A stretch of DNA of 64,000 bases. It comes from the human T2T-CHM13v2.0 reference genome, Homo sapiens. The position numbers were made by a program, and so were the translations under genes. Where the stretch lies: NCBI RefSeq assembly GCF_009914755.1, contig NC_060937.1; one strand, 5' to 3'. Below the pieces are notes generated by a model. It was not told the DNA's origin. It did not search any database and saw only the letters and a list, made by a program, of their open reading frames with translations. Within the stretch, counting starts at the first letter, position 1. Each line of letters opens with the position of its first letter. Of this stretch, positions 46,690 to 60,695 are shown in pieces.

Positions 46690-48520
46690 AAATGGGAAAA
46701 TAAAAGGTAAATTTGGGAAAGTGTAATTGACCATGAAAAAATGTTAATTTCCTCAGAGAGTTAAGACATTACATCCACAAAAAGAAAGAGAGTATTCTGA
46801 AAAATAAACACCAAAAAATAAAGAACTTTTAAAGCTCCTAGAAATTTAAAAAAAAAACTTTATTAAAAGGTAAAATTAATTTCTCAGTAAGTCAGAAAAA
46901 AATTAAGACATAGAAAATATGACAAACTTTAAAGATCAATATAGGAGGTTCAACATCTGACTTATACAAGTTTCAAAGAAGAGAAAACAAAGAGAAAGAA
47001 ATTATCAATGAAATAATATAAGAAAAATTAACAGAACAAGGCAGTAAAGATTTAAAGTGCCTAAAGAGTGCCCAGTACACTAATGATAAAAGATTCTCAC
47101 CAATACATATCATTCGCAAAATTATTTCACAATATCAGAGATAATGAATAGATCCTACGGGATGCCAGAAAGAAACAAATAAAAATAGGTAATATAGAAG
47201 TAAATATGAGGGAGAATAGCATCAGATTTTATAATTGCAACACTGGAAGCAACAAGACCTTTGAAATTCTGCTAAAAGTTCTTAAATTGTATAAAACATC
47301 ATAAGTGAGAGTTGAATAAAAACAAATATTGCAGATGAACAAGTTCTCACAATTTTTATTTTACATGTATCCTTTGTTAGGAAACCATCAGAGAAACTCT
47401 TCCAAAAAATGAGATACATTCCCCAAAAACTAGAAAGTAGTAAAAGCCAAAAGGAGGTTCCCTCTTGATATAGTCTGGATATCTGTCCCCTCCAAATCTC
47501 ATATTGAAATCTGATCCCCCATGTTGGAGAGGGGCCTAGTGGGCGGTGTTTGGGTGATAGGGGCAGATCCATCATGAATGGCTTGGTGCCCTCCCTGCAG
47601 TAATGAGTTCACATGCAATATGGTTGTTAAAAGGAGTCTGCAATTTCCTTCCCCTCTCTTGCTCTCTGTCTCTCTCCATATGACATGAAGGCTCCCCTTC
47701 ACCTTCTGCCAAGAGTGGAAACTTCTTGTGGCCTCACCTGAAGCAGATGCTGCTGCCATGCCTCTTGTACAGCCTGCAAAATCATGAGCCAAATAAACCT
47801 CTTTTCCATATAAACTCCCCAGTCTCTGATATTGCTTTATAACAATGCAAAATGGACTAACACACTCATGAAAATGGTAAAGGGAAGTCCAGTTTTTATT
47901 TTTTCTTAAAACTGTACTGTGGAGATGATGACTGTACAGAAAGCAAAGCATTCAACCCTACCTAATGCATAGGGGAATGTAGGCTTCCAAAAGAATTTTC
48001 TGAAGGAAGTGTAATTGGTAGATCATCTGATACATTTAAGAATATGGAAATTAATATTGATTAATGTTTAACATATCTCAAGAAACAGATAGGTACATAG
48101 AAAACTCAGCAAAATTTTAAAAATGAGTCAACTAATAACTCCAAGCAAAAAGAGCAAATTTTGCAGCAAATGAAATAATAATAGTATACTACTTGACTCT
48201 GCAATAAAATGTAAACACTACTGACTACTAAAAATTCGTGATATGGATGCAGGAGGGTGACAGAGGGAAATTGAGAAAGATAACAAGTTTTTATCAAAAA
48301 CGTTAAAAATCTAAACATGAAAAATCAAGAAATAACAAAATAAACATATTTTTTTAAGAAACGTGGAGGTAAATACCCAAGATATTTTTGAGAAAATGGA
48401 AGTCTAGGGAACAGGACTTTCAAGGAAAGATGGGACAGGTAAAGCCTCTGCTTTGTTATACATCTTTGGTACTATTTGATTTCTAAGTACATTATTTCTT
48501 ACTTTGCTACAAATAAAAAT
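46690..48520 (+). mobile_element. HAL1/old L1 ORF1-like remnant interrupted by an MST LTR
   Basis: A-rich; 'gatcaatataggaggttcaacatctgactta', 'gcatcagattt...gcaacactggaagc'. Confidence 0.6.
47466..47864 (+). mobile_element. MSTB/MSTA-like (ERVL-MaLR) solo LTR
   Basis: tgatatagtctggatatctgtcccctccaaatctca...ccaaataaacctcttt...atggactaacaca. Confidence 0.9.
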
Positions 48521-48779
48521 AAATATATACCTTATAATAAAATCAAACTGACCTCAGAAGCAGTAATAATATTCTATTTCTTAATCTGAGTAGAAGGATT
48601 CATGACTTTTTTCAAAATTATACTGTGGAAATTTTCAAACATGCAATAAAGTTGAAAAAATGTTTATAGTGAACACCTGTATACCCAACACTCAGACCCT
48701 GCCATTAACATTTTACCATAGTCACCTCATCACATATCCAGCCATCTACCCATGCTCTATCTATTCAAAATCCATCTTC

Positions 48780-48840
48780 TATATATATATATATATAGAA
48801 GATATATATAATAATCGTCTAATATATATATGTCTATATA

Positions 48841-48897
<57 letters not shown>
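48780..48897. repeat. Compound (TA)n/(TG)n microsatellite inside an old antisense L1M 3' fragment (about 48605-48955)
   Basis: Visible TA and TG runs. Confidence 0.9.
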
Positions 48898-48899
<2 letters not shown>

Positions 48900-49089
48900 C
48901 AAGGTAAATTGCTAACATCAGTGAACTTTCCCCTAAGTACATTAGCAAATGTATAAATGTTTTAGAAGAAGCTTTTAAGAATCAAAAAAATCAAGCAAAT
49001 TATTGAACAAATTAAAAATTGGAATATAATATAGTCTTCTCAGTCAAAATTTGACTTTGCATATTTGAGCTTTACAAATTTTGTCATCA

Positions 49090-49388
49090 GGTCGGGTGTG
49101 GTGGCTCACGCCTATAATCCCAGCACTTTAGGAGCCCAAGGCTGGCAGATCACTTGAGGTCAGGAGTTCAAGACCAGCCTGGCCAACGTGGTAAAACCCC
49201 ATATCCACTAAAAACACAAAGATTAGCCAGGTGTGGTGGTGAACGCCTGTAGTCCCAGCTACATTAGGATGCTGAGGCAGGGGGATTGCTTGAACCTGGG
49301 AGGCAGAGGTTGCAGTGAGCTGAGATAGCGCCACTGTACCCCAGCCTCAGAGACAGAGCAAGACTCCAAGTCAAGAAAAAAAAAAAAA
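49090..49388 (+). mobile_element. AluS (Sz/Sx-like)
   Basis: Full dimer with A tail. Confidence 0.94.
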
Positions 49389-50476
49389 GTTCCTCAGAGC
49401 CAAGTTCAGTGCTCAATAAAGGGTCCCAGTAAAGGTATGTTGAAGTAAATCAACACTTTAACTTTCTTAGTACAGTTTAGGTTAATTCATGACCCAATTC
49501 TAGGAAAGAAGACTGGCTTCTATTTTGCAGTGTTGCTTTTTTAAACAAACCCTAAGTTTACAATTAAATGATAAGATTCAGGAAGAATATCTAAAAAAAA
49601 AACCTAAATGTTATTTTGGTAAAGAAAGTTATGAGAACTGGTTAGGATGAACCTTTACTTTCTTTTCTAATAAGAATTTCTCTCCTTGCTTAATAAGCTT
49701 GCAGAAGCAAACATACACTCTACTGTGGCTTAACATTTACTTAAGATTATATGACTAACTTAAATGTCACAATGCAAATTACTGAAGTAATTGAAATAGT
49801 ACTTAATGGGTCTCTAATCATCCAACAGCATCTGAGTTAATACATAAACTAACACACACAGCTAAACAGCGCCTGAACAGTAACAATTTTATGACTGTGA
49901 TTTAACAGACAATGTCACATATAACACATTCCTTAAAATACTTCCATGACTTGGTGATACTTTCTAGATCCATAAATCACATTCTCAAGAAAGCCAAAAA
50001 AGTAAACTGGTTGTTTGAAATTTCATTAACCCTTTGCTCTGAAATCTGATGGCTGTGCCAGCACAGAGCACAGGAGGAATAGGTAATAGCAAAGAAACTG
50101 AAGTGGGACATTCCACAAAGTGGCTGCATCCAATCTCTTCACAGATAAATCCAAGACTCAGAGCCCTCTGCGGAGTGTGTTATGACCCCATTCCTGTAAA
50201 GCTAATGATTTTTCATTTCCCATTTTTAGTAACTCTCGACTTAAAATATATGAAATAACTAACTTCAAGGAGAAGGACTGGGACTAATGAGACCAGAACA
50301 ACAGAATGAAATTGAAATTTGAAACTCCAAAGCCATAGATACAGCACATAAAGGCCAGCACTGGTGGCCAAGTGAGTGAAGTCAGAACCAAGTTTGCATA
50401 AGTGAAAATCAGCTGTTTCCTGGGCAGCTGAACTTCATGACCTACATCACACTTCACTCTTTCTAAATAGTCTGGC

Positions 50477-51685
50477 ATAAGAGGAACTCGAGCAACTCAA
50501 TTGCAAGAAAACACATAAACCAATTAAAAAACGAGCAAAGCACTTGAAAAGACATTTTTCAAAAAGTGACATACAAATGGCCAACAGGTATACAAAAATA
50601 TGCTCAACATCAGTAGTCATCATGAAAATGCAAATTAAAACTACAATGAGATATCTCACACCTGATAGAATGGCTACTATCAAAAAGACAAAAGATAACA
50701 AGATTTGGCGAGGATGTGGAGAAAAGGGAACCCCTTGTACACTGTTGGTGGGAATGTAAATTAGTACAGCCATTAATAGAAAACAGTATGGAGGTTCCTC
50801 AAAAAATTAAAGATGGAACCACCCTACTATCCAAGAATCCCATTTCTGTATATATCAAAGGATATGAATCAGTGTGTCAAAGAGATCTGCACTTTCATGT
50901 TCACTGCAGCATTATTCACAGTAGCCAAGGTATGGAAGCAATCTAAGTGTCAATCAATGGATAGATACATGGGTTAAAAACATAGTATATATATCTGCAT
51001 GTACACAATGGAATCCTATTTAGCCTTAAAAAAAGAAGGAAATCCTGTCATTAGCAACAACATGGATGAACCTGGAGGACATTATGCTAAGTGAATAAGC
51101 CAGGCACAGAAAGACAAATACTGCATGATCTCAGTTACATGTGGAATCTATAGTAGTTGAACTCATAGAAATGGAGAGTAGAAAGGTGGTTACCAGAGAT
51201 TGGAAGAGGGAATTGGGAATATGTTGGTTAAAAGATACAAAATTTCAGTTAGGACAGAAGTATAAATTCAAGAGATCTATTGTACATCATAGTGACTATA
51301 ATGAGCAATAGTATATCAAATACCTGAGGGCTGGGTGTGGTGGCTCATGCCTGTAATCCCAGCACTGTGGGAGGCTGAGGCACGAGGATCACTTGACCCC
51401 AGGAGTTCTTGAGGCTGCAGTGAGCTAGGATCGCACCACTGAACTCCAGCGTGGGCGACAGAGTGAGACCTTGTCTCTAAAAAACCCCAAACCAATATAT
51501 CGTATACTTGGAAACTGCTAGGAGAGTAAACTTTAAGTGTTCTCCCCACAAAAATATGATATGGGTGTAAAGTAATGCATATTTTAATTTGCCAGATTTA
51601 GTCATTCCACAATGTATGCATATATTAAAACATCATGTTGTATATCATAAGTATAATTTCTGATTTGTCAATTAAAAATTAAAAA
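50477..51685 (+). mobile_element. L1MA-type 3' end (ORF2 C-terminus and 3'UTR) interrupted by an Alu monomer
   Basis: ORF 50544-50759 resembles ORF2 'MQIKTTMRY...WRGCGE'; L1MA-type 3'UTR. Confidence 0.9.
51329..51484 (+). mobile_element. FRAM/FAM-like Alu monomer
   Basis: ggctgggtgtggtggctcatgcc...gagtgagaccttgtctctaaaaaa, single arm. Confidence 0.85.
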
Positions 51686-53409
51686 GTAGTCTGTGAATGC
51701 CAAGCTGGAGCCAACTGATATATTTAGCATTGGATATATGCTAAAACTGGAAACCTTTCACTAGGGACAAAGCATTTCTGATAAAGTTCTTGATAATATT
51801 TTAAATGTTAGCCCAAGAAAGAAACAACTAAAACAGTATAAAAATATTCTTTTATATTGTTTAGGAAATCAATAACTATTATATATATTGACAGGCACCT
51901 AAAGACAATATTATTTTTCTTTACACAAAGTAATACTGTTTATATTTTCCTTTGCAAGTTTATGGAATGCAGATTACATTTAAACTTTCTGATCTCAAAA
52001 TACACCGCTATTATAAAGAATGTATATTCTCAGTCTTGGGTTTCCCTCAGTGTGGTAAAGTCCTGAGTCCCTCTGAACCATTTGGCAGACTGTCTCACTC
52101 AACTGAATAATTTCCAGGTTATTTGTCACCTTAAAACAAATGAGGCTGTACATTCAATTCAGTGATGTCCAAGAATAACACACTAGAAACAGCACTAAAT
52201 TGGAAAATAAGAGACTTTACTTTCAGCTTTACTAATAAGCTGTGTGCTCCTGGGAAAGTCAGCTTCTCTCTTTCCTTGACAGTGATGGTCAAGATCCTGC
52301 ATAGTGTGCAAGTTTACGACTGCCATTATTCTTGAGCATTGGTAAGCTGGGGTCACAGCACCTGTGGGCAAATGCTGCAAAAGCCTCAGGACTCCGGATT
52401 CTGGCTCCTTCCACTCTGGAAATAGCTTTGGCTTTGGAAATCTATCCAGTAGCATTGCTGGGCTGGAAGTGGAGGGAGGCTGGGAGTGGTTTCACATGTA
52501 ATTTCCTACCCATGATGATTTACCTTATCTCCTCATCTTATCTCATTCTGTTTCTTTTTTCTCCCTTTAAACTCTATCTCATGACTTCCATGCACTTTCC
52601 ATCTTATTCTCCTTCACATCACTTTCCAAAGACAATAGAAAACCCAAGAAAATGAAACTAAGTATTGCAGAAAAAAGGAAGCCTTTGTTTTCTGGACCTC
52701 CTGATTATGAGATGCAGGATTGAAGAGCCTGTGTACTATTTTAGATTGTTTAGTACTGCACCTGACCATATCAAGTAAGTGTGGCTGCTTAAGAAACATG
52801 AGCATATTCTGATTTTTGCTAAGAATGTGTCAATCCATCCCCAAATTCTAATGACCTGAAAGAGTAAATGCATATCTGAAAGCCTCTAACATGTCTCTTT
52901 CAGGAGACATTTAATGCACTGTGGCAATCTGGTTGTTGCATAGATCCCTTCCATTAAAGTATTATTTTCTAAAATAAACTTTCCCATTCTTTGTCCATTT
53001 TATTTTCCAATATTCCAAGTCCTCTAAGACAGTTTCCTGGCTGTCCCATGTGGTCTAACAGAATCCTTTTCCAATTACTATTTTTAAAATTAGATAAAAA
53101 TTCATGTTTTCTATCTTAATTATCTGTTACCCTTTTATATGATCTTTTGTTAAATGTCTCAAAAATTTTATCCCAAAGATGGCAATAAATCTGTTCCACT
53201 ATTCAAGTTCATAATTTAATTTTCTTTGAAATCATATTTGCAGTTTTGCAAGTATTTTAAAAAATATGTATAAGTCCTTACCCTTATAAAATTGGCTATG
53301 GAAAGAGAGCAAAAGTAACAATAACAGTGGAGTTGTCAGAATAAAAATAAAATACAAAGACTCTAATATATTATGTTAAAATCATTCAATACAAATATGA
53401 CTGAAAACC

Positions 53410-53625
53410 AGCAGAGTGCTGAAAAATATTTAACAACTGGCTTTTTGCTGAGGTGGGTGGAATCCCTGATTTGTAATGACTGCTGATTTCCCTGGTATAA
53501 ATGCTCCCTCCATGACATCCATAGCTAATTTACAGCTACCAAGTGTTTAACAACTGGCTCAGAAAATTCTGGAAATTTTAACAGTCAGCTCAAGTGAGCT
53601 GGTACACGCCAGCTCCAGCACATAG
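53410..53625 (+). mobile_element. MER63-like (hAT-Blackjack) MITE
   Basis: 'gtgctgaaaaatatttaacaactggc'...'gccagctccagcaca'. Confidence 0.65.
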
Positions 53626-56014
53626 TTGGAGCCTACTATGTTTAAAGCACTGTTAAACTTTCATTTTATAACTGAATAATACTTTAACATATAACTGCTA
53701 TCATCATTAGAATCTTTGGGCCTATTAATAGTTGATGTTTAATAATATCTTTTACACAAATAGCTCTGGGGAGTGAGGAAAAATCATATTTCTTAGTCAA
53801 CCTCAAATATCTTGATATACTAAAAAGTTAATTGAAGAAAGCCAACATGAGTTAAATAAGCAATCATTGAACAGAATTTTTAACACAGCCATAGTGTACT
53901 ACTCTAGTGTGTGCTGATGGATGTTAAATTCTTGGTGGACTTGAACAATAACAATGATGTAGCTGAAATTAAATTCAACAGAGAGGGTCAGGGAGAATTG
54001 AGTGCCAACCAGCACCAGAAGATCACAAAATCCTAATTTGGTTTGCAACCTTTAAGAATCCCAATGCCAATTCCCTTATCCTGCCATAAAATCTACCCAT
54101 TCAGGCAGTTGTGACATGTGAGGATTAGGCCCCATTATTTCATTCGTTTTTTAAATGTGCTTTCCCTTTATACCAAAGGATTAACTTAATCTCGTCCTTC
54201 ATTATGCATGAGGTTCAAGTTCTCCTTCAAATTATAGGATTTGCACTAGTGCACACCATCTCCACCGGTGTCCCTTGTGATTAACCTGATTCAGTTCATT
54301 TCTCTATTTACTGAGTGTGAGCGTCTTCTCCATATCAGGAGCTGTGTCAGGATTCAAAGATGCTCAAGGACATCCCTTGCTCTCTGGTCATCAAGTGGAC
54401 CAGTTCAGAAACCAGTCAGGAATGAGGAGTGCCAGTAGGTCATGTAAAAAACATGAAAAGTTAAACTTGGCCTGTAAGCCCAGTGACATGTCAACAAGCC
54501 ATTCACAACAATGATACATCAGCCAATGAGAAGTGATGCTACAGAGGCTAAAACACATTTCACTCCACCCCAAACACTAAAGTGCTTAAGGGCCAAAGTA
54601 CAACCCATTTCCTTTCGTATTATTTACTACAAAATAAATGAATAGATATTTAAGAAATTTTAAAAATGAGGAGAAGATAAAAGCACCATAATCAAAACAT
54701 TTTTCTGATCTCCCCTTCTTAGACACTAATCCTTCCAGCTCATGTTTGCATAATCTTTAAGGATTCATTTTTTGCCTATCTGGTCATCAAGGTCCCTGGA
54801 GACTCTTCAGTGTTTCAACACATCATAATGAAAAGGACTGATGACTTCTCAACCACCAAACCTCACCAGCCATCTCACTTGAAAAAGTAGCCTCATAATC
54901 ACTTTACTGCTCAACCATATTCACACTTTCAGATGCCAAAAGATTATTTTCCTTTATGTACAAGTCAATTTTTTTTTATTTCTTTAACAACACATAAGTA
55001 CATTTGTCTTGCTTTATTCTTGCTGGTTTAGATTATAAAACCCTCTGTGTGGTCTTTTAATCCTTACCCTCATGTTCATGGGCACTCTCTTTTGTTAATA
55101 ACCATGACAATTTTTTTGAAATTCACTCGTCTTTTCATTCTGTTCATTCAGTCACTAAATCTCATCTAACACATGGCACTGGTTTTCTCTCTGAAATTAC
55201 CCTGATTTAAGCGAAGAATGGTAGCTTGTTTTACAGTAGTGAAAAATCAAAGTAAAGTTGAGAATGAACACTAAGGTACTATTCAGCCTCACCTTTCTTT
55301 GGACTAAAAGTACAATGCCCCTTTTTTTCTCAGTAGCAGCTTTCTGAACTTCAATACTTTCCTTATTATAGTGATAGCCATCTAGAAAGCTATGTTTACC
55401 GATTAATAAAAGAAGAACCTTAGAAGGGAATGAATCTGTTCAGAAAAAGGCCCTATGCTATGTAGAAGGGAAAAGATCTTTAATGAAAGTTAAATTACCT
55501 TCTTAGAATTAAAGGCTGCCATTCACAGGAAGCCTGAGCCCCCCAGGTGATTTGGAATACAACTCCACTTTCATCACTATCACTTTAGAGATGGCAAGTA
55601 ATAGCTGCTACTTTATTTTAAAAATATCCCCCACCATTCAAACCTCTTTTTACTTGAGAAACTCAACTTATATCTCATCACGGAACTTGCTCTCATCACT
55701 GAGCTTATATGGTGCAATTAGTAATTGCCTTTTGAGATGTTTCCTTTTATCTGGGCACTGAATAACTCACTTTCTTGCTTGCTATGATAACAGAACTGTA
55801 TTAGATGACGAGAAAATCATCTCACTACTCTTAGCAATGACAAGATCATTACCCTACAGAAATTCAAAGAAGAATTTGTTTTATAAGGAGCAAAGTAGAG
55901 AGGATATCATGTGAGAAAGAAAGGCAATATTCCTGGGTCACTCAGCAAGTCCAGGTAGCAAAGAGCCTCAAAATCTGAGTAATAAAAATATAGAAATGAC
56001 CAACCTTAGGTTGA

Positions 56015-56230
56015 TAATTCATTCATTCTGTGAAAATCCAAGGAGCTCTAAGACTCTAGGACAAACACTAGGAATAGGTAGTTAAATAAGACACGAATTT
56101 TGCTCATAAGGGGTTACATAGTCTCTTAGAAAGACAGACTTGTAAACAAACACTGAAAACATGAGAAGTAAAGGAGACGTATTCAAATTGCTGTGAAATT
56201 GAAAAGCCAAAAGAATCAAAGCTCAACCCA
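56015..56230 (-). mobile_element. L2 3' fragment
   Basis: 'ttcattcattc'...'aaataagacacgaattttgctcataaggggttacatagtct'. Confidence 0.55.
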
Positions 56231-56699
56231 AAAGGATGAAAAGAAAACTGTACCTCTAGGCTTAGAAAGTACTGCTCCATGTCATTATGTGATGGATGGG
56301 TAAATGAGTGCATATGCACACAGAAGTCATAGAAGCTAGCCTGTAGGAGAGACGTCTATGAACCCCTAGACAAACCACACTCCCCACCCAAACACTCATT
56401 CTGTCCTTGAATCTGCTGCCAACCTTCTGCTAAGTAGTCTCTCAGCCTGAGTCCTATGACTGAGCTTCTTTGAGGATGGGGTGCTTACAATCTCTGAGGC
56501 AGTCACTACCTTGGGAAGTTCCATTTGTTTTCCCTTGTATTTAGCTGAAATCTCTTTTCCCTTAGCTTCAACCAATTGGCATCAGTTATTTCCTCCAAAT
56601 TCTGTTAGAGAGTGCATTCCAATTACTAAAGATGCTAAGTAAACAAGTATTAAAAGGAATGCTATATTTAAGGCTGCCTGATCTTTCTACTTACTATGA

Positions 56700-57390
56700 A
56701 ATGCAACACACATTGATTGAGTGCCTACTAAATGAAAGAACTGTGTGAGGTACTAGGCGGCCACTGGAATAAGAGAACAAATCTGCCTACAAGAAGCTCA
56801 CAGTCTAGCGAGCGGGGCAGGTATGTACCTTCATAATAAGGGGCAGAACAGGATTATCATCACAGAGAAAGACAAGTCAAGTAGAACAAGGGCTCAGCGG
56901 ATGCAGAGATCACTTTCTACTTAGTAAATCTGGAAATAGCCATGGAGAAAGGAAAATGCAAAATTAACAGAGTCAACCAATACTTATTTACCGTCTACTA
57001 TGTGCTAGGTAGTGTTTGGGGGACTGAGGTTACAGCAGCACATCTAACATTTGAGGTCTTTACTTCCAAAGAGATTAGATTTTAGAGAAAGGAGACATAG
57101 ACAAGTGTGACATATATTTCACAATGTGTGTGTATATAGTATCACGATATATATATATATAAATTATATGTATTATATATTGTGACATATATATGTCATA
57201 GGGTGATAATGATAAAGGGGACAGTGCTGCCGGGTGGGGGGCAGGTTTCTATTTCAGATAAGAGGAACACCTCATATGGGGACTTCTAAGCACAAACATT
57301 AAGGAAGTGAATAAGCAAGCTATGCAGATATCTAGGGGAAGAGATAGGTCTTGAAGATGAGATCTGGTGTTACCCAGGAGACTCTGGAAT
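56700..57390 (-). mobile_element. L2 fragments (at least two) with an internal AT-rich microsatellite
   Basis: 'ttgattgagtgcctacta', 'tctactatgtgctaggtagtg', 'agctatgcagatatctaggggaagag'. Confidence 0.65.
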
Positions 57391-57499
57391 GAAAAGCACA
57401 CACTGAGGCATAAAGAGAGGAAGCTACCTGACACAAAGGGAAACAGCATGTGCTGCAGTTTGGTGTAATGCAGGATTAGTGTAAAAGCCATGGAAGATA

Positions 57500-57976
57500 A
57501 AGGATAGAAAAGCAGAATTGGATAGCAATTCTCCATGACACTTCTACATGTCTGATGACAGCTTTTGTCTTAGATTATCTTTGCAAATTTGTGGGTCGAG
57601 CAAACAGCCTTGGAAGATAGAGACAATGTCTTTTTTCAGGGTAAAGGGCATATTTGTTTCATCACCAGGATAATGTCCTTGGCTGGGGCAAAGGCTTGGT
57701 AGCAACCCTTATAAGATAGGGGGCTTTCTAAGCTTGGAATTTCTCAGCAGTGACACATCATCAGTATATGCCCAGGAATCCCCGAGGCTACTCCACATCT
57801 CCAGCATGGGACTCATGGGGAAAACCAGTACAAACATGGAGCTCATGTTGCCTGCTGTGCTGTAATAAAGTCCTTCATTTCTGACCCAGGAGTTTTCTAT
57901 CTTTTGCCAGTATCCATGAAAATGTGACAGTCTAACTTTTTAGCTTGCAAATAAAGTAAATCTCAGGACCTTCACA
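57500..57976 (+). mobile_element. MER21/MER77-group LTR
   Basis: 'gtaataaagtccttcatttctgacccaggag...tagcttgcaaataaagtaaatctcaggaccttcaca' 3' end. Confidence 0.65.
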
Positions 57977-59417
57977 ACATAGCTGGGCTATTATTATGCT
58001 AATAACTAAACACTGAGTTGAGAAACTTCCATTCTACTTGGGAGAGGGGTAGGGGAAGTACAGAGAAACAACCAACCAAACAAACAGACACTTGATAGAA
58101 TGTCAGGTAGTCACAAATGAACAATAAAGTAAGATAAAAGGACAGAGTAATGGGGATGCTATTTTAGATATGGTGATCAGGAAAGGCCTCTATGAGGAGG
58201 TAAATGTGAGCAGAGACCTGAAAAATAAAATGAAGCAGCTGCTTGCTATGGTTATGTCTATTTAAGAGATAAGGAAACAGAAGCTAGGAGTGTGTATCTT
58301 GCTGAGGTCTTGTCCACACTAACGAGTTGTGCATTTGTCACAGCTTACACAACTAACAAGCTGGGGACTTGTTACACAACTAGTTACACAACTAACAAGT
58401 TGTATATTTGCCACTACATAAAAAGTAGTGCGGTGGGGATATGAACCATGGCATCATGAATCCTGCCACACTATGCGTTCTGTATATACTCATCTCTAAG
58501 GGGTAATGAGCACTCAAACTATGGAGAATGCAGTAGGAGTTATGAGAAGGAGCAGATCTGAAAAACAGCAAGAGACAGATTTCACAAAACTGGTCACTGG
58601 GTTCGCTGAAAAGGCAAATAAAGAGATTAGAGAGGACTCAGAGCCTTTAAGCATGGATGGCCAGAAGAACAGCCGTTCCCAGAAACCAGGGCTCAAGGAT
58701 GAGGGGCTGAGAGGGAGGGAGAATGGGTAAATGGATAAATAATGACTTGATTTTCGACATACCAACCTGGACGCATTAGTAGAATAGCCTTTGAAACTTC
58801 CCCTCCGATTTGAGATTCATGGACTTTGCTCCTCTGCCCTCTGTTGTGACTTTTATTAATCTATAAACTCTAGTTCTACCCCAGCCCCTGGGCCCTATTA
58901 AAACACCGGCAAGAGAAAATGAACTGTCTCGTGCTGACTATTCCTAACCAGCTGGCTTTCTTTCAATAAACAGGGAGTGAACTCAGTGTCTATTCTCTCT
59001 TACTAAATTTTCCATTTTTCATTCCTTTTGGAGATTTCAGAAGAATAAGGGGAAACCTCCCCGCATTTTCCCCAGTGCTTCTTTTTGACGGGTTCCTGGA
59101 GAACACCACTGTACTGCTGTTCAATTTATTTTTCTTACTTATATTAAATATAACAAATTCAGACACCACACTGTCATAAATCCATGTCACATTTTATCCC
59201 TTTATGTTGACTGCAGGATTTTTAAAACTTCATTCTAACTTCTTTAAAGCTTGCCAGAGTGCACTGATGTTGAGGTCAGTAATAGGTCTTTTATTTCTAT
59301 TTTTAAGCAGTTCTGATTTATTATAGGATTTTTAAAACAGTATTAAAAATATAAAAAGGCATAAACTTTTAAAAATTAACTGTTTATTAAAAATAAACTT
59401 TAAAAAATTAACCATAT

Positions 59418-60488
<1,071 letters not shown>

Positions 60489-60661
60489 TTATATTATACA
60501 GACTTTGAAGATTAGAAGATACTGTTTTAAAACTACCACCAAGGACTCACCCTTAGGTAGGCATGCACATGTGAGTTTATATACACACACACACATACAT
60601 ATGAAATATAGTCAATATTTAAAATTTTATTATAGTGTAAAAGTAGTTATATCTCAGCATT

Positions 60662-60695
60662 TGATGATGATGATGATGACGATGAGGATGATGAC
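60662..60695. repeat. Imperfect (GAT)n trinucleotide repeat
   Basis: tgatgatgatgatgatgacgatgaggatgatgac. Confidence 0.85.

Noticed and set aside
47499-47951. 150-aa minus-strand ORF
   Set aside because: Lies almost wholly within the MST solo LTR; a non-coding LTR frame.
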